Virus genome (UHGV): UHGV-0209088 | Reading direction: 5' to 3' (one strand) | Source of the DNA: a virus | DNA: 64,000 nucleotides | Shown: positions 36,063 to 45,351 of the stretch, in pieces | How the letters are laid out: each line of letters begins with the position of its first letter | How positions within the stretch are numbered: the first letter of the stretch is position 1 | Notes under the pieces: generated by a model | The model's database searches: none | What the model was told of the DNA's origin: nothing | Seen by the model: only the letters and a program-made list of their open reading frames with translations | Made by a program: the position numbers and the translations under genes

Positions 36063-38696
36063 ATGACTAAAATATCCATCAAGCTGCCTCGGCCTACGCC
36101 GGTGCAGCAGAAGATCCTGAACAAGGCAAGCCGATACAATGCTGTCGCCATGGGCGAGAAGGCAGGAAAGACCACGCTCGGCATTGAGGTGATCCTCGCG
36201 TCTCCCCGGGGAGCTATTGCGGGCGGTCCTCCCGTCGCCTGGTTCGCACCGACCGAAGACGCAATCATCGATGTGCGCCGCACGATCATGCGTGCCATTG
36301 ACCCGCTGGTGAAGCCGGTGACCAGCTCGAGCAAGAAGCACGCCGGAACGAAGCGCATAGAGCTCATCACGGGCGGTGTCATCGACTTCTATTCCATGGA
36401 AGAGCCTGCCGAGATTTACGAGCAGTACGGCCTGATTGTGGTCGATGATGTCTGCCGCATTCAGTCGTTCCTCAGCTCGTGGGAATTCCTTCTCGCTGAG
36501 ACGCTGCGCGAGCACCAGGGCGATGCATGGTTCCTCTCCGGCGCCTACGGCAAGAACAACGACTTCTACCGCCTGTTTGACCTCGGCTCCTACGATCCAG
36601 ACTGGTCCACCTGGCAGTTCCCGTCGCGCGCTAACCCGCACCTGCCGGAAGAGACGCAGGCGGAGATGGAGAAAGTGACGGAGCCTGAGCGCCGGCAGCG
36701 CTTTGAGGCGGAATTCCTCGATGTGGCGGTAGAGCTCACCGACGCACAGCGCGTGGTTGGGCCGACCGAGACCTTCCGCGACTGGTGTATGCGCCTCGAG
36801 CGAGAGGGTCTGAAGGTAGACGGACATTTCTTCACCCTGTCCGACCGCCCGGCCATGAACTTCATCTATGACCTGATCCCGTCGACGCACGCGGAAGCGT
36901 TCAACCGCATTGATGTCATCATGAAGTGTACGCAGGTAGGCTTCACCGTCATGGAAATGCTGGCGATGATCTACCTGTCGCTGAAGTTCGCCCCGGCCAA
37001 AATCGGTATGTTCATGCCCGTGCAGAACCTGGCGGCCGGAAAGTCGTCAGAGCGCTTCATGCCGATAGTCCGCACCATCCCGGCTGTTTACCGGATGATG
37101 ACCGACAAGAACGCCAGCGGCACCAAGGGCGGCGAGGGTAACGTTCTGACCCGAAACCTTGGCACCTCGAAATTCCACTTCCTCTGGACCACCGGTAAGG
37201 CGTCTACGGAATCGAACCCGATGGATGTGGTGTCTTTCGATGAGGTGCAGGAGATGGAGATCGCGGCGATGGAGAAGACCCGCGAGCGTATGTCGGCATC
37301 GAGGGTTCGCTATACGCTGATGGGGTCCACCGCCAACTGGCCAGACGCGGACATCCACTGGTGGTACAAGAAGGGCACCCAGCACCAGTTCCACACCCGC
37401 TGCCCGCATTGCGGCACTGGGCAGGTCCTGGATGAGCATTTCCCTCAATGCATCGGCTATGACCCGAACCATCCACGGAACGTACAGCGCCCCGGGGAGC
37501 CGACCGTTTACGGTGAATACCGGTACCGCTGCTACAGCTGCGAGGGCTGGATCGATGACCCGCAGGACGGCGAATGGATCGCGAAGAACCCCGGCGCGGA
37601 AATCCGCTCGGTTCACTTCCCGCAGTTCCTGTCTCCGACCATTTCCCCGCGGGAGATGATCACGGCTTACCATGAAGCCGATGACATGAAGAACTACTAC
37701 AACCGTAAGCTCGGAAAGCCGTACACCGACCCATCACAGGTTCCGGTCAACCTCGAGATCATGAACAAATGCGCCGAAGCCGGCATGGCGCTCGGCCTGC
37801 AGTGGAAGAAGAAGGCCCGCGGCACCTTCATGGGCATCGACCAGATGGGCAACTTCAACGTCGCCATCATCAAGGAGCGGCTGCCTGATGGCCGCCAGGC
37901 GGTGGTCCACCTGGAGTACATCTACGACGCAGACCCGTTCGCGCGCTGCTCGGAGCTCATGGCGGACTACGGTGTCCAGTGCTGCGTGGTGGAAACCCTG
38001 CCGAACTACAACGACGCCAAGCGCTTCGCGAACCGTCACCCGGGCAAGGTGTTCCTCGCCGGCTACGGCAACATGGACGGCGAGATGCTGGCATGGAGCG
38101 ACACGAACAAGCTGGACAGCTCAGACCGGCGCACAGACGAGGAAGAGCGCGATCGCTGGACCGTTCGCCTCGACCAGTACAAGTGCATGCAGGTGTCCAT
38201 GAAGCGCTTCCAGAACACCATCTGCCTGTTCCCTGACCCTGACGGGCTGGTGCAGGAGATCGTGGAGAAGGGCGAGCGCAAGACCGTCGCCGTGTGTAAG
38301 GATCTGGCGTTCTTCCACTTCACCCGCACCGCGCTGATCGCGGAGAAGGACGAGGAAGAGAAGAAATACCGCCGCCGCGTGGTGAAGGTGGGTATCGACC
38401 CGCATACCAGCTACGCGAATATGCTCTGCGATGTGGCATGGGCTCGCGCTCACGGCACCAGTACGTTCCTTCTGCCGGATGTCGGCGCGCCAGACCGCAA
38501 GCCGCTGGAACCGGAGGCCATTGGCGTTCCGGGCCAGCTCGGCGCGATTATGGAAGAGATTCAGGCGGTGCAGTATTACGGCGATGTGTGCGGGCGCTGC
38601 ATCAACTACAACCCGGATACGAAGATGTGCCGTGAAATCGGGATGATTGTGCAGCCGAAGGATCCCGGCTGCATGGGGTTCATCGCGCAGGAGTAA
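36063..38696 (+). CDS. terminase large subunit, GpA-like, with extra N-terminal P-loop domain (877 aa)
   Basis: position upstream of portal; Walker A GEKAGKT and hhhhDD (LIVVDDV) in first 240 aa; second hhhhDE (VVSFDEVQE), zinc ribbon CPHCG...CYSCEGW typical of GpA-family terminases. Confidence 0.6.
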   Translation: MTKISIKLPRPTPVQQKILNKASRYNAVAMGEKAGKTTLGIEVILASPRGAIAGGPPVAWFAPTEDAIIDVRRTIMRAIDPLVKPVTSSSKKHAGTKRIELITGGVIDFYSMEEPAEIYEQYGLIVVDDVCRIQSFLSSWEFLLAETLREHQGDAWFLSGAYGKNNDFYRLFDLGSYDPDWSTWQFPSRANPHLPEETQAEMEKVTEPERRQRFEAEFLDVAVELTDAQRVVGPTETFRDWCMRLEREGLKVDGHFFTLSDRPAMNFIYDLIPSTHAEAFNRIDVIMKCTQVGFTVMEMLAMIYLSLKFAPAKIGMFMPVQNLAAGKSSERFMPIVRTIPAVYRMMTDKNASGTKGGEGNVLTRNLGTSKFHFLWTTGKASTESNPMDVVSFDEVQEMEIAAMEKTRERMSASRVRYTLMGSTANWPDADIHWWYKKGTQHQFHTRCPHCGTGQVLDEHFPQCIGYDPNHPRNVQRPGEPTVYGEYRYRCYSCEGWIDDPQDGEWIAKNPGAEIRSVHFPQFLSPTISPREMITAYHEADDMKNYYNRKLGKPYTDPSQVPVNLEIMNKCAEAGMALGLQWKKKARGTFMGIDQMGNFNVAIIKERLPDGRQAVVHLEYIYDADPFARCSELMADYGVQCCVVETLPNYNDAKRFANRHPGKVFLAGYGNMDGEMLAWSDTNKLDSSDRRTDEEERDRWTVRLDQYKCMQVSMKRFQNTICLFPDPDGLVQEIVEKGERKTVAVCKDLAFFHFTRTALIAEKDEEEKKYRRRVVKVGIDPHTSYANMLCDVAWARAHGTSTFLLPDVGAPDRKPLEPEAIGVPGQLGAIMEEIQAVQYYGDVCGRCINYNPDTKMCREIGMIVQPKDPGCMGFIAQE

Positions 38697-39072
38697 CGGA
38701 CGTTCTGATGAAGTCCCAGCTCTTGAACCGGGGCGTCTTTTCGAAGGACGCCTCGGACATCTGGAGGGTTCCCGCGTCACGAGGGTCGTTGGTGGTCGGA
38801 TCCCAGAAGATGATGCTCAGCTCGCCATCCTCGTGGCTGTAGCAGGCGCTGTAACTCTGCGACGGGTTCATGGCACCATCGCGGGCGATAATGATCCGGG
38901 CGAACCGTCCGTTCTTGTCGCCGTCACAGGTGAAGCGCTCATCGGACAGCATGATGAGCATCTTATTTGACGAGTCGAGCCACATTTTTTTCGCGGCTAT
39001 AACCTCAGCATGCGACGCGGTTGACAGCATCAGGCCAGCCGCCGCCGCAAGAACAACGCTACGTAGTTTCAT
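38680..39072 (-). CDS. secreted/periplasmic protein with signal peptide (130 aa), probable moron
   Basis: N-terminal MKLRSVVLAAAAGLMLSTASHA signal peptide; opposite strand to flanking structural genes. Confidence 0.55.
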   Translation of the reverse strand: MKLRSVVLAAAAGLMLSTASHAEVIAAKKMWLDSSNKMLIMLSDERFTCDGDKNGRFARIIIARDGAMNPSQSYSACYSHEDGELSIIFWDPTTNDPRDAGTLQMSEASFEKTPRFKSWDFIRTSVTPAR

Positions 39073-39138
39073 AGGGTCACTCCTTACGATCCAGCAGCAT
39101 ATCAGATCTTAATTCCTAAGTCGATGCGTTAGATCGTT

Positions 39139-39336
39139 TCAGTTCTGTTTACGTGCAGGTCTCCGGCTGCGTGATGCAGCTGCAACCCGGGCTGTCCAGT
39201 CGAATGTTCTACCGCCGCCAGGAGCACCGTTAGTCTGGCGGATTCCCTCGCCTTTGGCGATGTGGGCATTGAAGGACGAAAGTGTGTGGTTGGAGCTGGG
39301 CATTGCAGTTTCCTCTTCTGTAGTTGATGTTCTCAT
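39139..39336 (-). CDS. hypothetical small protein (65 aa)
   Basis: ORF only; half-palindrome TTACTCAAATATGATGAA immediately upstream. Confidence 0.3.
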   Translation of the reverse strand: MRTSTTEEETAMPSSNHTLSSFNAHIAKGEGIRQTNGAPGGGRTFDWTARVAAASRSRRPARKQN

Positions 39337-39876
39337 GTTACTTCATCATATTTGAGTAAAGCAACAACATTGCGCAAAAAAATGCCCTCACGAAGAGGGC
39401 AAAAAGCGCAGTAACACAGCGGTCTTCAGGGTATTCTGGTGCCTCGCTTTGCCTTCACGGCTATGCTCTGGCTGGCTGGCATACCGCATCCTTGTGGCCG
39501 GGGCAGTTCCCGAGATAAGGATCACCACCTTGTCGAGGAATCTGGTGTCAGTATGCCGTCACGAATAAAAAGCACGCCAGCCGGGTAGAACATTTATCCT
39601 CTTCCTCTCAGTAAGTAGAAAGACCCCGATTGGCGCGAATCTCAATTTGCGCTGCCCACTAACCGGTCTTTGAATCATCGGGAGGTGGATGAAACGGCTA
39701 ATGGGCAGGGCAAATGGCGCCGGTTACGTTTATCCGGCGTCTTTCGACCGTTGGTCCCAAGGTAGAGGGATCGTTTGTGGTGGCCGGTGCTAACTTCTTC
39801 CGGCTTGCTACCTGGATTGGCCGGGAGGGTGACGTCCCCGTGTAGCTATCCCGAATTTTAGCGCATCAGCCTGCGC

Positions 39877-39998
39877 ATTCACCACAATCAAAAAGAGCGA
39901 ACCACCTACACCATGTTTTGCCCAGCCCGATTGGGATTCGGTGTTTTGTGCTGTTCGTAGGTTACAGTTTTGCACGCCCGCGCTCTTTGATTGTGGTG
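39877..39998. other. long imperfect inverted repeat (CACCACAATCAAA(AA)GAGCG arms, 13+5 bp) flanking 83 bp, in 1.2-kb non-coding gap; candidate structured RNA or DNA site
   Basis: arms 39880-39899 and 39979-39998 read directly; inner cccgattggg hairpin. Confidence 0.4.
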
Positions 39999-40582
39999 CC
40001 CATTATTAATCACACCGGGCCAGTGCGCCGAATTCGTTAATGAGGAGTCGGAAGACCTCACTGGTGTTTGGCCGTTAGGCTACTGCCAGATACTCTGTAT
40101 CGTTTGCATTTACTTTTCGTGGTCAGTTTCTAAAAACCCGCAAAGTCGCTTACGAAAACTATCGAGAAGATCACTGCTTTAATGCCGCTACCAAAATGGT
40201 GGAAGCTGGCAATGACCTTCTCTGATAGCCCCCGGTTACGTCTCCGGGCCGGACTCTCACCGTCGTCTTGTTTGCTATGCCGCTGTTCGCCACCGGCGCG
40301 GCCGCCAGTTGGAGGGCCAACGTCATGGATGAAAACGCCCTGGCTAACTGTTTTTGGAGAAGTTCGATTCAGGATAAGGTCCGCCTCGAAATTCTCAGCA
40401 ATATGCCTGAACAGTCACAGGTGAATATTGCCTACCTCATCCACCCCCGTGCGCTGGGGATGAACTGAGTATACATAATCAAAAATGAATAAGGCAAGTA
40501 TTTATCAAAAATATTTCAGCCTGTTCTTTGTCGTTACTGTATCATGGCACAAACTAAATCGTCGTGATGCCACTATTCGACT

Positions 40583-42301
40583 ATGACTGATATCGCACTC
40601 CAGACCGCACATAACCCTGAAGCGCCGCAAGACGAGCGCCAGGATGCCCTGCGCGAAGCTCAAGCCGACGCCATGCCTTCCTCCGTGAAGGATATGCTGC
40701 CGTTGGTCGAATTCATTGCTCGCCAGCGTGAAGAGCAGGAGTTCTATAAGTCGCTGCGTAAGCCGAACGTGATCCCGTTCCCGAGCAAGGCGGTACAGGA
40801 TAAGAAGCCGGGCATGCAGTCCGTATGGCTGGATGACCGCCAGATTCAGATGCTGGGTGACTACTACGAGAAGCCGTCAGCATTCGGGTTCGATATGATG
40901 CGCCAGATGGTGGACCAGACGCCGATCCTGTCTGCCGTCATCATGACCCGTATCCGTCAGGTGAAGCGCTTCTGCCGCGTGCCGGAGGGCGGGAAGGGGC
41001 CAGGCTTCCAGATCCGCCTGAAGAACCAGGCCAGCACGAAGCTCCAGAAGGAAGAGCAGCAGTCCATCGAGCTGTTGCAGAACTTCTTCACCAACTGCGG
41101 CTGGGAGACGAACCCGCGCCAGCGCGCCCGCCTGAAACGCGACAACTTCTCCAACTTCATGAGCAAGATTGTCCGCGATAGCTTGGTGCTGGATAGTGCC
41201 CCGATTGAAACCGAGTTCAAGCGTGACAAGAGTCTCGGCCTAGATGGCTTCTATGCCGTTGACGGCGCCACCATCCGCCTCTGCACAGAGGATGGGTATC
41301 AGGGCGATGACGAGATTTTTGCGCTGCAGATCGTGCAGGGTAACCTGCGCGCCGCCTACACCTACGACGATCTGGTTTATGTGCCGCGCAACCCGCGCAC
41401 CGATGTGCTGACTGGCGGCTACGGCATGTCAGAGACCGAGCTGCTGGTCAAAGTGGTCACCGGCTTCCTGAATGCCATGACCTACAACCTGAAATACTTC
41501 GATTCCAACGCGATCCCGAAAGGGCTGCTGCACCTGTCAGGCGACTACAGCGCCGACGACATCAGCTCGTTCAAGCGCTACTGGAACAGCATGGTTCGCG
41601 GCATCAACAATGCCTGGACGCTGCCGGTGATGGTGTCGAAGAACCAGGAATCGAAGGCGAGCTTCGAAAATTTCGGCGTGGATGTGAACGAAATCATGTT
41701 CGCGAAGTGGATGACGTTCTTAACGTCCATCATCTGCGCCATCTACGGCATCGCGCCGGATGAAATCAACTTTGAGAGCTTCACTGCGGGCACCAGCTCG
41801 CTGTCCGGCTCCGATACCGAAGAGAAGCTGATCAACTCGAAAGACAAGGGGCTGCGCCCGCTGCTGTCCCACTTTGAGGATCTGTTCTCCGACTACATCG
41901 TCTCCGAGTTCTCCGACAAATACGTGTTCCGCTGGTCCGGCCTCGATGAGAAGGACGAGCAGCAGGTCTGGGATGAAGAGAAAACCTTGCTGACCGTCAA
42001 CGAAGCACGTAAGGCCCGCAACTGGGATGAGCTCAAAGAGGACTGGGGCAACGCTCCGCTTAACCAGACGCTGATGCAGGCGTGGATGGCTGGCAAGCAG
42101 CAGGAGGCCATGGCCCAGGCAGGCATGCCGCAGCCTGGCGGTAAAGCCGGTGCCGATGAGGGGGATAACCCTGACAAGGCCGCTTTCCAGAAACTGCTGG
42201 ATGAAGGTGCCGCGCGTCAGAACGCGGGGCAGGGCGATGATGACAACGGCGAAGAGATGGCAAAATCCTTCGGCCTCCCGGCGTTCCGCATCGAGCCGTA
42301 A
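40583..42301 (+). CDS. portal protein (572 aa)
   Basis: size, acidic C-terminus, position between terminase and Mu-F-like gene. Confidence 0.8.
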   Translation: MTDIALQTAHNPEAPQDERQDALREAQADAMPSSVKDMLPLVEFIARQREEQEFYKSLRKPNVIPFPSKAVQDKKPGMQSVWLDDRQIQMLGDYYEKPSAFGFDMMRQMVDQTPILSAVIMTRIRQVKRFCRVPEGGKGPGFQIRLKNQASTKLQKEEQQSIELLQNFFTNCGWETNPRQRARLKRDNFSNFMSKIVRDSLVLDSAPIETEFKRDKSLGLDGFYAVDGATIRLCTEDGYQGDDEIFALQIVQGNLRAAYTYDDLVYVPRNPRTDVLTGGYGMSETELLVKVVTGFLNAMTYNLKYFDSNAIPKGLLHLSGDYSADDISSFKRYWNSMVRGINNAWTLPVMVSKNQESKASFENFGVDVNEIMFAKWMTFLTSIICAIYGIAPDEINFESFTAGTSSLSGSDTEEKLINSKDKGLRPLLSHFEDLFSDYIVSEFSDKYVFRWSGLDEKDEQQVWDEEKTLLTVNEARKARNWDELKEDWGNAPLNQTLMQAWMAGKQQEAMAQAGMPQPGGKAGADEGDNPDKAAFQKLLDEGAARQNAGQGDDDNGEEMAKSFGLPAFRIEP

Positions 42302-42512
42302 AGAGTTTAAGCCCATGCATACCCCGCGCGCCTGCCGGGGCCGGTGAGGGCTAAGTCACCGGGTATTCCTGTCTGGCGCTGACCCGGACTGAGCTTCGGC
42401 TCTACTGCAGGCGAGCCAGCGAACGCAGTCACCAGCCCGCAAGGGTAGTCGAATGGTGGCACCCACTGCCCGGTTCGCCGGGCAGGTTTTTATCCGCTGA
42501 GGGGCAACCAGG

Positions 42513-43664
42513 ATGACCGTTTTCATTGACTTCACGCTTCTGTCCGAACCGGCCACCAACGATGCGCTGGAGTACATCTTCAAATCTACTCACGACCACG
42601 ACAAGGGCATCTGGGCGCCGCACGAATCCGCGCTCATCCGTCGTCTGATCGAGCTGTTCACCAGACGCGGCCTTGACCGCTTTGAGCACGTCAAGCAGGC
42701 CATCATCGCCTGGGAGACCGGCGTCAACTATAAGCCGGCAGACGCAATCCCTACGCCGCCCGGCATGATGGCGCGCTGGAACGCCGATGAACTCTCGCTC
42801 GTGAAGATCTACCTCGAGAGCCTGCCGCCTGAGATGTGGACCCTGGATGATCACATGATGTCGGTTGACTATGTGGTGCAGCGCTACCTACCCGCCGACG
42901 AGCTGGCCACCGAGGCGGAATGGATGGCTACCCGGGCCGGGATGATGGGCAAGGTGCAGGCCAATATGGCTGGCGAGGCCACCCCGAAGCAGGCCGATGC
43001 CATTCTGGCGGCTCTCCCTTCCACCGTTCCGGCCGCCACCCAGATGTTCCAGCTCACCCCGCTGGAGCAGCACACGCTGGCCTACGGAAAATTACGCGCC
43101 GTGGAGAACGTGCGGGCGCTGACCGATGATGTCCGCCATAAGATGCGGGGCGTGGTCATGCGGCACGTCGAGGAAAAGGTGTTGACCGGCGATACCTCCG
43201 GGCGATCGCTGGAAGGCCAGCTGCTGGACGAGTTCGCCACCCTCAACCGGGACTGGCGCCGGATCGCCGTGACCGAGGCGGGCGAGTGCCAGCTCCAGGG
43301 CTTTGTCGCCAGCGTCAAGCCGTTCTCCAAGGTGAAGCGGGTGGAGCAATACGGTAACGCCTGCGCCTTCTGCAAGAAGATCCACGGACGCATTGCCGAG
43401 GTGGTGCCGGCAGACCATCCGGACAAGGATGGCACGACGCAGATCTGGCCGGGCAAGAACAACATTGGCCGCTCTGCCTCCCCCCGAAAAAGGGTAGGTG
43501 ATGACCTGGTGGCGCGCACCGAAGATGAGATGTGGTGGCTCCCCGCAGGGCTTTCTCACCCGCATTGCCGTGGGCGCTGGGTGCCGGTGCTTGAAGAGGA
43601 ACCGGGTGACGATCCAGACTTTGCAAAATGGCTGGGAAATCTTCTCGGCGGAACTGGAGAATAA
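42513..43664 (+). CDS. head morphogenesis protein, Mu gpF / SPP1 gp7 family (383 aa)
   Basis: Phage_Mu_F-like C-terminal region; gene order portal-F. Confidence 0.75.
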   Translation: MTVFIDFTLLSEPATNDALEYIFKSTHDHDKGIWAPHESALIRRLIELFTRRGLDRFEHVKQAIIAWETGVNYKPADAIPTPPGMMARWNADELSLVKIYLESLPPEMWTLDDHMMSVDYVVQRYLPADELATEAEWMATRAGMMGKVQANMAGEATPKQADAILAALPSTVPAATQMFQLTPLEQHTLAYGKLRAVENVRALTDDVRHKMRGVVMRHVEEKVLTGDTSGRSLEGQLLDEFATLNRDWRRIAVTEAGECQLQGFVASVKPFSKVKRVEQYGNACAFCKKIHGRIAEVVPADHPDKDGTTQIWPGKNNIGRSASPRKRVGDDLVARTEDEMWWLPAGLSHPHCRGRWVPVLEEEPGDDPDFAKWLGNLLGGTGE

Positions 43665-43689
43665 AGCCGCCTACGGGCGGCTTTTTTAT
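43665..43689 (+). terminator. rho-independent terminator (agccgcc tac gggcggct + TTTTTAT)
   Basis: hairpin plus T-run. Confidence 0.6.
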
Positions 43690-43757
43690 GTCCCGCGTAA
43701 ATTTCCTCTTGCAATTTCTCTCGCTGTTCTGGTCGTCGTGACGGCATTCTGAGCCAC

Positions 43758-44651
43758 ATGAACCGAGACGAACAGCAATTAGCTGCCATTCCAGACCATA
43801 TCAGCTTCGACCTGATGCTGAAGGCAACGCCCTCAAGCGAGAGCGGGAAGCGCTTCATCTATTTCGAGGCAAGCAACGAAGGCGTTGACCAGCAGGGTGA
43901 GCGCGTTCTCGCAAAGGCTCTGAAAGAGAGTGCAGACTTCTTCCTGAAGTTCGGCAACATCGACATCGACCATTACACCATCCTTGGCCCGAAAATCGGG
44001 ATGAAGGACGCGATGAGCTACGAGATCGGGCGACCGGTCGATGTGCGCATTGATGGTGAGCGGACCTTTGTCAAGGCTGAGCTCTATCAGGGGAAAGGGC
44101 CGCTGGCTGAACAGGCCAATATGGTCTGGGAGTCGATGACCGGTCTCAATCCACCTGCGCGCTGGTATCCGTCCGTTGGCGGCGCCGTTCTGGCGAAGAG
44201 CCTGCAAATCGACCCGGAAACCAAGAACAAGGTGGCCGTCATCGACAAGGTGCGCTGGTCCAATGTGGGGTTAAGCCGCACGCCGGTTAACCAGCACCTT
44301 CCGTGTGCCGAAGCAATGCCCTTGGGCACGTTCGCGAAATCGCTGAACGGCTTTGTCGTGAAGGCGCTTGAGGCGAGCTACAGCACTGATGTGGCAACGC
44401 TGACGGGTGGTGGCGCACTGGGCATGCAGTCCCTCGATGTCGGCTACACCAGCATGCCGTACTCGTATTTCGATTTCCGCGAGCGCATGGCTGAAGCACT
44501 CGACCGTGAGCTGGTGAAATCCCAGACCGAAGACGGCCTCATCGCCCACGCGGTCAAAGAATTCAATCTACCGCCTGACGCGGCGGCAGAATGGGTAAGT
44601 CGCTTTCTTGGCGATCTAAAATCAAGTCTTATTAACCGGAGCTTGCAATGA
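43758..44651 (+). CDS. putative head protease/scaffold-associated protein (Mu gpI position; 297 aa)
   Basis: gene order; shares a 25-aa segment with the capsid protein N-terminus. Confidence 0.5.
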   Translation: MNRDEQQLAAIPDHISFDLMLKATPSSESGKRFIYFEASNEGVDQQGERVLAKALKESADFFLKFGNIDIDHYTILGPKIGMKDAMSYEIGRPVDVRIDGERTFVKAELYQGKGPLAEQANMVWESMTGLNPPARWYPSVGGAVLAKSLQIDPETKNKVAVIDKVRWSNVGLSRTPVNQHLPCAEAMPLGTFAKSLNGFVVKALEASYSTDVATLTGGGALGMQSLDVGYTSMPYSYFDFRERMAEALDRELVKSQTEDGLIAHAVKEFNLPPDAAAEWVSRFLGDLKSSLINRSLQ

Positions 44652-45286
44652 GCAAATTTCAAGAGCTTCTGGAGCAGCTGAACGCTGAGGCAGAAGCACA
44701 AGACACGTTGGCTAAAGCACTCCCGCAAGATAGCCAGGATGATGACGCTACTATCCAGGCTGCTGCCGAAGAAGGCGAAGGCGAGGGTGAAGGCGAGGGC
44801 GAAGGCGAAGGTGAGGGGGAAGGTGAAGGCGATGAGCCTATGTCCAAATCTCTGACCCTTGCTGACGGCGAAGAAGTTATCGACGCAACCGAGCTGCTGA
44901 AATCCTTACAGGCTGATGTCACCGAGCATGGTGACGTGCTGGCGAAGGCGCTGCCGCAGGTTCTGCAACTGATGCAGGGTCAGAGCAAAATGATCGCGCA
45001 GCAGGGCGAACTGATTAAGTCGATGCAGGGTCGTCTGGACGCGCTCGCCGGTCAGGGCCGTGGTCGTAAGGCCGTTGTCTCTGTCACCGAGAAGCAGTCC
45101 GCTGCTGAACAGCCGCTGGCTAAGTCTCAGCAGGAAGGCATCACTCCGCAGGAGTTCATGCTGAAGGCGAACAACGCGTTCGACAAAGGCATCATCAGTG
45201 GCACTCAGCTGACCACCATTGATGTGTCTCTGCGCCAGGGCGTGGCGATCGACCCGGCTTTGCTGAACAAAATCGTCAATTCCTAA
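44648..45286 (+). CDS. scaffolding protein with (EG)10 repeat (212 aa)
   Basis: acidic coiled-coil-like protein immediately before capsid gene; (GAAGGY)n repeat 44767-44826. Confidence 0.65.
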   Translation: MSKFQELLEQLNAEAEAQDTLAKALPQDSQDDDATIQAAAEEGEGEGEGEGEGEGEGEGEGDEPMSKSLTLADGEEVIDATELLKSLQADVTEHGDVLAKALPQVLQLMQGQSKMIAQQGELIKSMQGRLDALAGQGRGRKAVVSVTEKQSAAEQPLAKSQQEGITPQEFMLKANNAFDKGIISGTQLTTIDVSLRQGVAIDPALLNKIVNS

Positions 45287-45351
45287 CCACGAACCATCCT
45301 AACAGCGCTGCTGGTTAGGAATAGAAAATTGTTAAATTTTGAGGACTCCTA

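Noticed and set aside
40182-40468. Short plus-strand ORFs (63-80 aa) in the terminase-portal gap
   Set aside because: No RBS, Pro/Arg/Ser-rich composition, overlapping one another.
39337-40582. tRNA or tmRNA gene in the non-coding gap
   Set aside because: No T-loop GTTCGAATC-type motif or cloverleaf-compatible pairing found by eye; left as unspecified structured region.
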